From the NCBI RefSeq assembly GCF_009914755.1, contig NC_060936.1: DNA of 64,000 bases. One strand, given 5' to 3'. The position numbers and the translations under genes are program-made. This document shows positions 52,287 through 64,000 of this stretch, in pieces. How positions within the stretch are numbered: the first letter of the stretch is position 1; the number at the start of each line of letters is the position of its first letter. Origin of the DNA: the human T2T-CHM13v2.0 reference genome, Homo sapiens. The notes beneath the pieces were generated by a model. That model was not told the DNA's origin, ran no database searches, and saw only the letters and a list, made by a program, of their open reading frames with translations.

Positions 52287-52948
52287 GTCTCCACTCTAGG
52301 ACCAACAAATTGTATCTGCTCTCCCCTCTGAGTACCAAACACCCTAGTCCCTCTGAATGTTAAACTCCAGCACGATTCTAAGGTCTTGCATTCACAAAGC
52401 TCCTCTGTTCTCCATCTACATCTGTCCCACCCATGCTCTCTGATGAGCTAGCGAGATGGGTGATATGGACAGAAAGGTGTATCTTTCCTTGCACAGAGAA
52501 GAGCATCATTAAGTCTGAGATCCCATGATTTCCATCATCTAGCAATTAAAGGCATTTTAATCGCTCCTTTCATATGTTACTATACACCTCCAGGAGGCCA
52601 TAAAAACTGATCGTCTTAAAACGGACAGTGAGTATGAGCAACAGTGGCTGATATCATGATAGCACCTTCAGAAGGGCTTCTGAAGCAATGACCTCGAATT
52701 GAGATCTCTTTCTGGAGACATCTTTGGAGGGAGTCAACTAGCAATTAATTAGTAATGACTAAACTGCCTACTATGTGCCTATCACTAAGGGGAGTTTTGA
52801 GAGAAAGGTAAGCAGTGGCAAATGTGTCCCAACCCACAAGGAGCTCACACTTGGCCAGAGGACATGAGTTGGCTGGATGTTAACAAGATGAACAGGCAGA
52901 CAGACAGACAGTTGCAACAAGCATACATCATTCATCTAGAATGCGAGA

Positions 52949-53268
52949 AGCTGGGTGCAGTGGCTCTTGCCTGTAACCCCAGCACTTTGGGAGGCTGAGG
53001 CAGGTGGATCACTTGAGCTCAGGAGTTCAAGACCAGCCTGGCCAACATGGCAAAACCCCATCTCTACAAAATATGCAAAAATTAGCTGGGCATGGTGGTG
53101 CATGCCTGTGGTTCCAGCTACTTGAGAGGCTGAGGTGGGAGGATCACTTGAGCCCGGGGAGGTGAAGGCTGCAGTGAGCGGAGATTGCGCCACTGCACTC
53201 CAGCCTGGACAACAGAGAGAGAGCCTGTCTCAAAATAATAAAATAAATAAATAAAATACAATAAAATA
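52949..53268 (+). mobile_element. AluJ (Jb-like)
   Basis: Full dimer with (TAAA)-type tail. Confidence 0.93.
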
Positions 53269-54218
53269 GAATCCCCAAATTAAAACAACAATAAAATTTG
53301 CAATAATTCATTTTAAAGACAGTATCAAAGAAATTGCAACATTGTGGAGATTATGTCACAATTTGTTCTCTGTTAGTGTGTAAAATGATAAAACCTTTCT
53401 GGAAAGTGACTTGGCGATGAGCTTCAATAGTTTTACAACTATTCATTTTAGACTTCCATAGGAAAAAATAACAGCAGCAAGCACTGCCAAGTGTTCACAG
53501 TGACTGTTTACTGGTAGGAGAATTACAAATGGAATTTTGGTTTCAACTTTTTTGTATTTACCAAATTTAATCCACAGAAAATGATTTTCTTTTACAATCT
53601 GGGGAAAAAACTATAAATGTTTGGTTAGACAGAGAAATAGCTATGCTTATAGCCATCCACTTCTGGACCCATTCTAAGGAAATTATCTAGAGTATAAAGA
53701 CAAACTTATGCACAAAAGTGTTAATCACTGGGTCATTTATATTATCAGAAAATGTAAACCTGGTATGTATCATTGCAATGGAGTATTATGCATTCATTCA
53801 AAAAGACAATGTCAGGAATTTTTTAATGACATGGAAACATCTATGGTATAATGCTAAGTCAAAAAATCAAGGTACAGAATTACACAGAATTAAGTGAAAA
53901 AAAAAGTGTCCGTGTAGAAAAAAAAAAGAAGGCAATACTGAAGAGTATTCATTGAAGTTATCTCCAGATAGTCCCTTTATATATTTTTTTGTTTTGTTTT
54001 TCTTTGTGTTTTTAGATTTTCTACAGTGACTATAAATTTGGGGAGAAAATCTTTAATTTTGCAATTTATAAGTTACAGTTTTATCTAACAGAGAGGAGAC
54101 AATCTATTTGTGTACCAGATAAAATTAATTATGCTATGGCATTATCGTGCCACCAAGCATCAAATTGTGATTAGCACAAGAACGAGAGGCAGGCCAGGGA
54201 TGCTTTGAAGGTTGCTCA

Positions 54219-54483
<265 letters not shown>

Positions 54484-55033
54484 AATATATATAATATATT
54501 ATATATTATATAATTTTATATATTATATATTTTATATAATATATAATTTTATATATTATATATTTTATATAATATATAATTTATATATTATATATTTTAT
54601 ATAATATATAATTTTATATATTATATATTTTATATAATATATAAATTATATATTATATATTTTATATAATATATAATTTATATATTATATATTTTATATA
54701 ATATATAATATATAATTTATATATTATATATTTTATAAAATATATAATATATAAATTATATATTATATATTTTATATTTATATCAAATATAATATATATT
54801 ATATATTATATATTTTATATTTATATTTATATAAAATATATTTATATTTTATATAATATATATTATATAAAATATAATTATATTATATATTATATATTAT
54901 ATAGTATATAAAATATAATGTATATATAATATATATATATTATATATTATATAGTATATAAAATATAATGTATATATAATATATATATATTATATATATA
55001 TTATATATAAACACACACACACACACACACACA
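54484..55033. repeat. AT-rich minisatellite (about 32-33-bp unit) ending in (CA)n
   Basis: About 525 bp with only about 5 G/C bases; unit ttatatattatatattttatataatatataa(t)t. Confidence 0.97.
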
Positions 55034-55165
55034 AATATATCCTCCAGTTCAATTGGAATTTGAATTTCAGAGAAACATTGAATAAGTTTTTAGCATAAAT
55101 ATGTCTCAGGCAATGGTTGGGATATGCTTAAAAAGAAGTTTGTGGTTTATTTAAAATTCAAGTTT

Positions 55166-55302
55166 GCTCAGGTGCAGTGGTGCACGTCTGCAGTCCCAGC
55201 TGCTAGGGAGACTGAGGCAGGAGGATCTCTTGAGCCCAGGAGTTCAAAGCCAGCCTGGGCAACATAGTGAGACCCTGTCATTAACAAAAAAAGGAAAAAA
55301 AA
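55166..55302 (+). mobile_element. FLAM_A-like Alu monomer
   Basis: Single monomer cagtcccagc...ttgagcccaggagttc...caacatagtgagaccctgtc plus A tail. Confidence 0.85.
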
Positions 55303-56699
55303 TTAAATGTATGTATTCTGTACCTTGTTACTTGGTGACTCTAAGGATGCGGCCACATGCCAACCATTCTGGGTAAACAAGATCCCAGGTGGGCACTTGG
55401 AGTCTCTCCTTAAGACTGGTTTTTATTCCTTCCTGGTTTTTATGTAACAAAGGTGAATATAGGCTGAGTTTACTTAGTCCCATACGTAGCTTTACCTGGG
55501 AAAGTGGGGCACAGTGAAGGGGGCTGAGGTGGGAGCATGAGTGTGATAAATAGGACAGGCAGTGTGTTTGGGTGACTTTGACCACCTGAGGGTCTAGTCG
55601 ACCTTTCAGTACATGTTTGGGCCCCTGCATCATGTCAGGGGGGATCCCACTGCTTTATTCTTCTAATACAGTCAGAAAAGAGAGAAGAGAGAGTACCAGG
55701 GGATGCACTTCTGACCACACACGCATGTGTGTGTGCACGTGTACACACACACACACACACACACAGAGCCCGTTTTCATTTCCACCATCTTGCCTATACC
55801 TTTGCTGTGCCTTCCACCCTGAATGTCCTGCCATCTCTTCAACCTAAGAGAATCCTTGCTCATCAAAGTGATATTGCTCTGAACTCCCAAGTCACATACA
55901 TCCAAGCACATTAAATGTTGCTAGTAATATTAGATGCCATTTCTTGAGCATCATCTCTGCCAGGCACTCTACTAGATGCCTTATATATATTATGTCAAAT
56001 CTTCAAAAGAACCCTGCCATTGAATCCCATTCTACAGGTGAGAGAATTGAACCACAGTGATGTAAATGGAATCATTGGGTTATGAGGATTAGTTGAGGTA
56101 GTATATTGAAAGCATCAAATAATGCTTAGCATATTGTAACTACTCAATAAATGGGGTAATCACTTTTTAAAGAGGCAGACATCTAGAGATGAAGATATAG
56201 AGCAAAACAGCAAATAATAATAATAGTAACAGCAACGGTTAAATTTACTGGGACAAGGTATAAAGCACTGTGATCAACATTTTACAGATGTTATTCTATG
56301 TAATTGTTCACCACTCTACAAATAAGTAGTGTTAGTCTTCCCATTTTACAGATAAGGAGACCAAGGCCCATAGCTAGTAGGGCTGGAGCTATCATTTGTT
56401 AGGACAGGAGTAAAAACAAGGATCAGGTCCTCAGACTTGGGCTTAGGAAGAAGGTTAGAAGGGAGGTGGAGGACACCATGGCAAATGTCATCCACATCAC
56501 AACTTTACTTTGAATGTGTCCTGCACTCAGAACTGGGCACTATCTCCTCTAAGAAGCTGGAGATCAGGTCCCCTGTGGTCACTTGGTCTGAGGCCAGGGG
56601 TACTAAATGCTAAACAATACCTCCAGACTGACAAGAGAAGGAAGGAGGAGAGGGGATGTCCTAGCATGGCCATCCTGGGGCTCCTAGGCAAGGACATGC

Positions 56700-57200
56700 T
56701 GCCAGCTAGCCCAGCACCCATCTACAAAGTGAAATGGATTAGCGGCTCACTTTCAATCAGGCTGAGTTACGAGCTCAGCGATTTGTGGGACGTTTACATG
56801 AACCAGAAGATGTGTTATCTGATGAAAATTGCTTAATTTAATATCCTGGCTTGACAGGCAAAGAACTGTACCTCTCTGGGAGAATCTGCCAGGGTGGATG
56901 CTTTTTAAAAAGTCCCTGGACATGTTTAAGGAAAGCAACTGCTATCCTTTCCTTGTCCATCAAGAAACAGAACGCAGTATTTGCATCCAGGAGGCAGTCT
57001 GCCATCAGATTGTGCGCCCAGGGAGGCCTCAGACTATCTGCTTTCGTTGGATGACACCAAGACAGTCACACCAACCTATATCCTGGGATTTGAGTAGTCT
57101 GGTTTTAAGCTGTCAGAGAGCAAAGCACTCAGGCGCAGCTCTTTGGGGCTGGAAGCCTAGCTGTTGATGAATAATGATTCAGCACAGAGTTAACATGTTT
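56700..57200. promoter_or_regulatory. Candidate enhancer
   Basis: Repeat-free, retains CpGs; GGATTA, GTTTAC, TGACAG, octamer ATTTGCAT, T-box-like half sites. Confidence 0.4.
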
Positions 57201-57294
57201 TAGAGATATAAAAATAGAGACTACCACGAGCACACTATGTTTCCCTAAGCTTTTCATTCATTAGTTCAACACAAAGCTACTGAGGATTTAACAC

Positions 57295-57807
<513 letters not shown>

Positions 57808-58023
57808 CCTCCTTGCTGCATAAGTTCTACACAAGACTGGCTCAAAGCCACTATTCTGTGCCTTATGGACACTCAAAGCCCTATCCAAGGTGTCTGCAAC
57901 ATCAAGATTGTCATTTGTCACCTTGGATGTCAGTATTTATTAAGATCATTCTATTTGCAGATCACTGCGTTGTTTTTCATACTGTCCACCCATCTATGAA
58001 TTGGGCCTTCTTATTTCAAACTG

Positions 58024-58068
58024 CAAAAACAAAACAAAACAAAACAAAACAAAACAAAACAAAAAAAA
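58024..58068. repeat. (CAAAA)n
   Basis: Directly visible. Confidence 0.95.
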
Positions 58069-59399
58069 CGCTAAAACTAAAGCAGTCTCATAAGATTCCT
58101 GGTTATGTCAGAGATTTTCACTTAAGACTAAAGGATAGCAACAGGAGTTTTATTGCAGAAATACTTCAAAATTTCAAATGAATAATAGACATCTCTGTTG
58201 TTAGAAACCTGACCACCCCAGCAGGCAGATCTATTCATGGGCCCCTCGCAGCGTGTGAAAACCTCATGGCCTTTCCCACCTCCTCATCTCTCTCTTTGCC
58301 CTCCTGTCACTTCTCACTTCTACCCCAACCCACCTCTATGGGCCACCTTGTAGAACTCCAAATTCTCCACACTCCATTTTACAGAACAATGCCATTCTCT
58401 CTGGCTCTGCTCCCAAATTCAGCTTCAAGGTCCATTTTTGCAAATGCAAGCCTGTGGCAGTGCTGAGCAAGTTAAAGGGCCTTGCCTGTAGCAGGAAGGC
58501 TGTTAGAGCTGCACCCAGCTCACCCCATTCCCCTCCTGCACGTGTATAGAGGTGAATAATGCAGGTCAATGCCAGGTTGGCTCTGTTAGCCTAAGAGGAG
58601 AGACAACACATGTCATACAATTACACTATTAGTGTGCATGTTCAAGTACTATAACCTAAATAAATATATTAAGGATTCTGGGAGAAAGGACAGAGGACAG
58701 GAGCAACAGGTCTAGCTACAGGAAACATGGAAAGGTCCCAGGGGAAGCAATGTTTAACCTGAGTTCTAAGGATAACTGAAATTCACCACTTATATGAAGG
58801 TGAAAGGATCACCCTGGAAGAAGGAACAGCATGAAGAGAAAGATGTATGCTCTAACAACTCTCTTTGAGGAAATCCTCACAATTTAGTTTTTCCTTCATA
58901 TTTGCCGCTTTGTGTCATGGGTGATAAGAACCAGTTTTAGGTCTCTTATTGCAAGTAGTCCTGACAAGGGGGTCCAGACCCTTTCTTTAGAATTCTGAGC
59001 CCTCAACAGCCATTATTAGCCTCAGCTTTGAAGTTTGGCTCAAATTCCAGGATAGCAAAAGCCTTATTTACAATTCCATGACACTGGCAAGCAATGATGG
59101 AGCACCTGCTGTTTAAGAATGTGTGTAAGCTGAGCATGTGAGGAAGAGACTTGGGAGACCCCACAACTATACTGGAGGTGTCTGAAACATAATGAAAGGG
59201 AAAGGTGTCTGCGGTCTTTGTAGCCAGTGAGCACTGTATGAAGCTGTATGGTCTTAAACACAATTGCTACCTCATGTTGCCATCCATATCATGGAGAGAG
59301 GTTGCATTTGGAGACAAAAAGGAGGGCAATGATAAAAAATGCATATTTACCAGGATTCTTTCTGCCCAGAACAGAACTCCCACTCCCACAGTATTGTTT

Positions 59400-59852
59400 C
59401 ATGTACTTGTCCAAGAGATCAGGCATTGATGAATTAAGGTGATCAAAACCAGCAAAAATTTTGACTTCAATTCTCTTTATCTCTAGCTTCTATTTTCCTC
59501 TGTTTTAGTTTCATTCTCAAGGGTGTTTATTTATTGGATTACTCCAAAAATGTTAACATTGATTTTTTTTAGCAATCTCAGCAGAGAAGAGGCTTTCCCA
59601 GTAATTCCATCGAAAGTCCCTGGTCTAACACTTTATGGCGAGGATTGGTCCAGCTTGAACTATGTAGTCACTCCAAAACCAACCTCATAGCCAGGGGAAC
59701 GCTGGGTCTCATTAAACAAATCTAGGACACACACCTGCCCATCCCAGGGAGACTGGAGTCAAGTTCATCAGAAGCACCGAGACTGAAGGCAGGGGGCTGG
59801 AGAAGGCCACAGAGGAAAGGATGTCAGACAGGCAAAAACAACAGATATCCAC
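59400..59852 (-). mobile_element. MLT1K/L-like LTR
   Basis: gattggtccagcttg...ggcaaaaacaacagatatccac. Confidence 0.6.
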
Positions 59853-60002
59853 CTGAGTGTGTAAAATGTAAATTTTTTTTTAAAAAGTGGGACACTTTGA
59901 AACCTGAATCATTAATTTCACAATGGATTATAATTGGGTCACTCCCATCAGAGTCCCTCTCTGCCAGGTACTTTGGAAGTAGTGGTTAGAAACATAGACA
60001 CT

Positions 60003-60437
<435 letters not shown>

Positions 60438-62012
60438 TCATCTCTCAGATCCCCCACTTAGTACCTGAGCAACCTTGGATAAATAGGGATAATAGTGGTG
60501 TTTATATCATGAAATTTTAATAAGGATTAAATTAGCGAACTTAAGAACTTAAAAGAGTACTTGTGCTGTTTTAAAGTCTCCTCATTGTTATTATTAGAAT
60601 TTTATGTACAATTTTATGTATCTGTACATGTGCATTTTTTTCCTGATCAAAGGACTTACAGCTTTTACCAGATTTTCCAAGGGATTTGGGATGGAAAAAG
60701 AAAATCCCTTGTTTTTTCAAGACAGTGTTCTCCTGATTTAAACCCACCCTGATCACATGGATGAAGAATTGTTTGCATGCTGTCAGTGACAAGCAGACCT
60801 CATCTATCTTACAGTTTTTGTGGGCTGGTAAAATCTCAGGGTTTATTTGCAAGGCAGCATTATAGCACAGATACAAGCTTTAACACAAGCCTGTGGGTGT
60901 TTCTCAGGGTTGCCTGGCACACATTTCACTTCAGTCTTCTTAGGTTCATTAGCACAAGATTGGTGTGTTGGAAGGATCTTCAATTTCAAGGCTTAAACAA
61001 GAGACTGGCTCCAGACCTCTGAAGAAATAGCTTTGCTGGGCATCAATCACTTTGTCAGATTCCTGGGAACTGGAAGCACCAGTGCATATTTTGTGGTAGC
61101 CCACATTTGAGATCAGACTGGGTAGGCGCACAGTTAAGCAGGTCTTCAATTTCAGTTAGACACGCCATGCAGATAACTTGGGGAGAGGGAGAGAGGAGGG
61201 TACCATTAGGTGGGCATGCGGAGGGGGTGGCTGATAGAACCAGTTGGTCTCTGAAATCTCTACTTCTCTGCCCTTTGCCTTTCCATTTCTGCCTCCCCCG
61301 TCTCTTCAGACTTCCTCCCACTGCCGTCAGAGACACCCCCACCACCACCACCACACAGTGAAGGAGAGGCTGGGGAAGGGAAAGCCCTGGATAAGAGGGG
61401 CCAAGGCAGGAAAATTCAGGGAAAAGCAACCCGAGACCTTGCTCTATGTTATCTGCTTTCAACACAGGACCTTTTCCAGAATTATCAAAAACACCTTGGG
61501 CCCCTTTGGCCCGTGTGGTACACTGGATCATTGGGTCCAATTCTTCACTTCCACCCAGGATTAGAATCATACAGCTATGCCCTGTACCATGTGACTTGGG
61601 GGATCTCTTCTGTCTTCCCAGTGCCTGGGACTATGCCTAGCACATACTAGGTACCCATTAAACATTTCCTAGATGAATGCAAGGCTTATAAGTGAGAAAC
61701 TAGACACTCTACATATAGCATCACTTATTTAGACACACAGCTAGTACAGAGAGACGAACCCAGGTCTGTCTGATTTCAAAACCCATGGTCTTCCCAATAT
61801 GCCACATGGTCTCTTACTGAAGTAGATATGTTATCTGAATCTTGTTCCCTAAGCCAGAATTCAATAAAGCAGGAGGCAGGGGGGAATGATCTACTGGGAT
61901 ACAGAAAGAAAATATGAAAGCTTCTAGATTACCTCATCTTTTAAGATATCTATGTATTTCTGTAAGTGCTTTACAGTGTAGAAAATATATTACTACAGTG
62001 GTGTATATACCA

Positions 62013-62042
62013 TGTGTGTGTGTGTCTGTGTGTGTGTGTGTA

Positions 62043-62078
<36 letters not shown>
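62013..62078. repeat. (TG)n(TA)n microsatellite
   Basis: Directly visible. Confidence 0.97.
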
Positions 62079-62094
62079 ATTACATGCTCAAATA

Positions 62095-62840
62095 TTTCTT
62101 TATAATAGGGTGCATGATCAACAAAGTATAAATATCCATCAATAATAGAATAGGTTGGGTGCTGTGGTTCATACCTGTGATACCAGCACTTTGGGAGGCT
62201 CAGGCTGGCAAATCGGTTGAGCCCAGGAGTTGGAGACCAGCCTGGGCAACATGATGAAACCCTGTCTCTACAAAAAATACAAAAAATTAGCCACGCATGG
62301 TGGCATGCACCTGTAGTCCTAGCTACCCTGGGAGGCTGAGGTGGGAAGATGACTTGAGCTGGGAAGGCGGAGGTTGCAGCAAGCCAAGACTGTGCTACTG
62401 CACTCCAGCCTGGGCAACAGTGAGACCTGTCTCAAATAACAATAATAATAATGTATAAATAAATTATAATCTATTCATAGAATAGAATGCAAAACTATAG
62501 AAATGAACAAGTACTTTCACACCCAATAACATGGATGAATCTGAAACACAATTAATATGAGGTGAAAAAGGCCAGACATGAAATAGTATATGTTCCATGA
62601 TTCCAGTTACATAAAATACAAAACCAGGCCAAATGAAGTTCTAGTGTTAGAAGTTGGGATATTAGTTACCGTTGAGTAGGACAGTGGGTGGTGATGTGAA
62701 AGGGGGACCCTGGAGAACATCTGTGGTGCTGGTAAGGTTTTATTTCTTCATCTTGGTGGTAAATATGTGGGCAAGTCTTCTTTGTGATAGTTCATTAAGC
62801 TGCAGCCTTGTGTCATATAAACTTTTCTATTATACGTTTT
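62095..62840 (+). mobile_element. L1ME/MB 3' end interrupted by Alu
   Basis: aaatatccatcaata...aacatggatgaatc...gtgaaaaaggccagac...ttcattaagctg. Confidence 0.75.
62153..62452 (+). mobile_element. AluJ
   Basis: Full dimer with (AAT)n tail. Confidence 0.92.
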
Positions 62841-62952
62841 GAATCAACAAAAATTCGATGCTGCAGATGAAGAGAGCTGCATTCTCTTTGCTGCTCCTCC
62901 CACTGAGCAGTGGAGTCTAATTCCTCTCTCCTTGGATCTGGCTTTGCCTCTG

Positions 62953-63414
62953 TGTATCAATTTGGGTCCTCTGAGAAGCAGCTGTTGAGACTGAGTTAGG
63001 AGTGCAAGAGGTTTATTAGGCATAGCAAAGCACTCCTGAAAGATCAAGGAAAGGGAAACAGAAATGAAAAGGAACAGCCTTACACCACAGTGCAGATTGG
63101 ACAAAGTCTTGGGCAACTTGATATGGAACTGTGGAGCAATTTTTTCATTAGAGGAGTCCTGCATTGTGCAGAAATGGCCAGGCCCTAGTACTCCAATCAG
63201 GCTAGGACATTGGCTGGAAGCTCTCTTGGCTGGAATGCTGCAGTAGCTCCTAAAGGTACGGTTGTTGGAGGTTGCAGTGGGAGCCATTGCACCCAGCAGA
63301 AAGGTAAATTCTTTCTTGCAGGGAGCTCCAAGTGGTACACTCCCATGGCTGCCATGCTTAGGGCCTTGTCTGACCTTCTGGGACTTCCAAGGCTTGATCC
63401 TAAGAAGACTACAT
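62953..63414 (-). mobile_element. ERVL LTR (LTR40/41-like) inside MLT1G
   Basis: tgggtcctctgagaagcag...gagtgcaagaggtttatt...gaggagtcctgcattg. Confidence 0.55.
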
Positions 63415-63885
63415 TGTAGCCTCCGCCTAGGCCTCTTGAAATGAGGACTTTTAGAAACCTAAATCATGCAAGAAGTCTAGTTACCCTTAGGCTGCCATGC
63501 CATGAGGAAGCCAAGCTAGCCATCAGGAGGAGCATGTAAAGAGAGAGAGACCCATGAGCAGCCTGCCCTGCTCCAGACATCCTAGCCTAGACACACATGT
63601 GAAGAAGACATTTGGATTTTCCAGCTTCAATAGACATTCTGTGGAGAAGAAACAAGGAACCTAACTGACAGCCCCAGCCATGTGGCTCCAGGCAATCTTT
63701 CCCAGCCATTTCAGCTATTTCATCCCCCTCAGCTGAGTCCCCAGTCATTGCAGAGCATGGATAAACCACCTTACACTTCCATGGCCAAATTTCTGGCCTA
63801 CAAAAACAACCATGAAAAAATGTTTGTTTTACTTGACTAAGCTTGAGGGATGGTTCTTTTAATGTAGCAATAAATAAAAGAAACC
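63415..63885 (+). mobile_element. MLT1G-like LTR (5' piece about 62880-62952)
   Basis: ggctgccatg...gaggaagccaagctagcca...aatttctggcctaca...gtagcaata. Confidence 0.7.
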
Positions 63886-64000
63886 ATTTAAAAGAAAAAG
63901 TTAGGAGACCATGCTAGTCTAAGCCACATGGGTATGTAATTGGAGGAAGGGATAGTGATTTCATTAGCAAATCAGAACCTCTAGTGCATTTGATTTAGAA

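Overview
Primate (human-like; AluY and a HERV-E LTR2 imply catarrhine) non-coding DNA, intergenic or deep intronic. I find no credible protein-coding gene, RNA gene, CpG island or CRISPR array. The ORFs I could trace fall in Alu, L1, LTR or simple-repeat sequence, and the rest look like chance open frames. The window is dominated by ancient interspersed repeats (MIR, L2, L1M, MaLR MLT1/MST/THE1, ERVL LTR33/LTR16/MLT2, hAT and Tigger MERs), about 12 Alus and two ERV1 solo LTRs besides MER39B. A few repeat-free, motif-dense blocks look like developmental enhancers (about 12.7-13.05 kb, 29.6-30.05 kb, 56.7-57.2 kb). I cannot support a new multi-gene system. The most unusual structures are: (1) an 84-bp x6 VNTR that multiplies the CACCC/E-box-AP-1/CCAAT core of an LTR16; (2) a direct-plus-inverted local re-duplication forming a large imperfect palindrome at 17.9-19.2 kb; (3) a 186-bp orphan insert inside an L1PA at the centre of a four-level nest; (4) an AT minisatellite built from perfect hairpin units that replaces an Alu 3' end; (5) twin perfect hairpins at 20.8 kb; (6) a HERV-E LTR2 inserted into an Alu A-box. 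Repeat family names come from recalled consensus sequences, not a database search, and boundaries of old elements are approximate.
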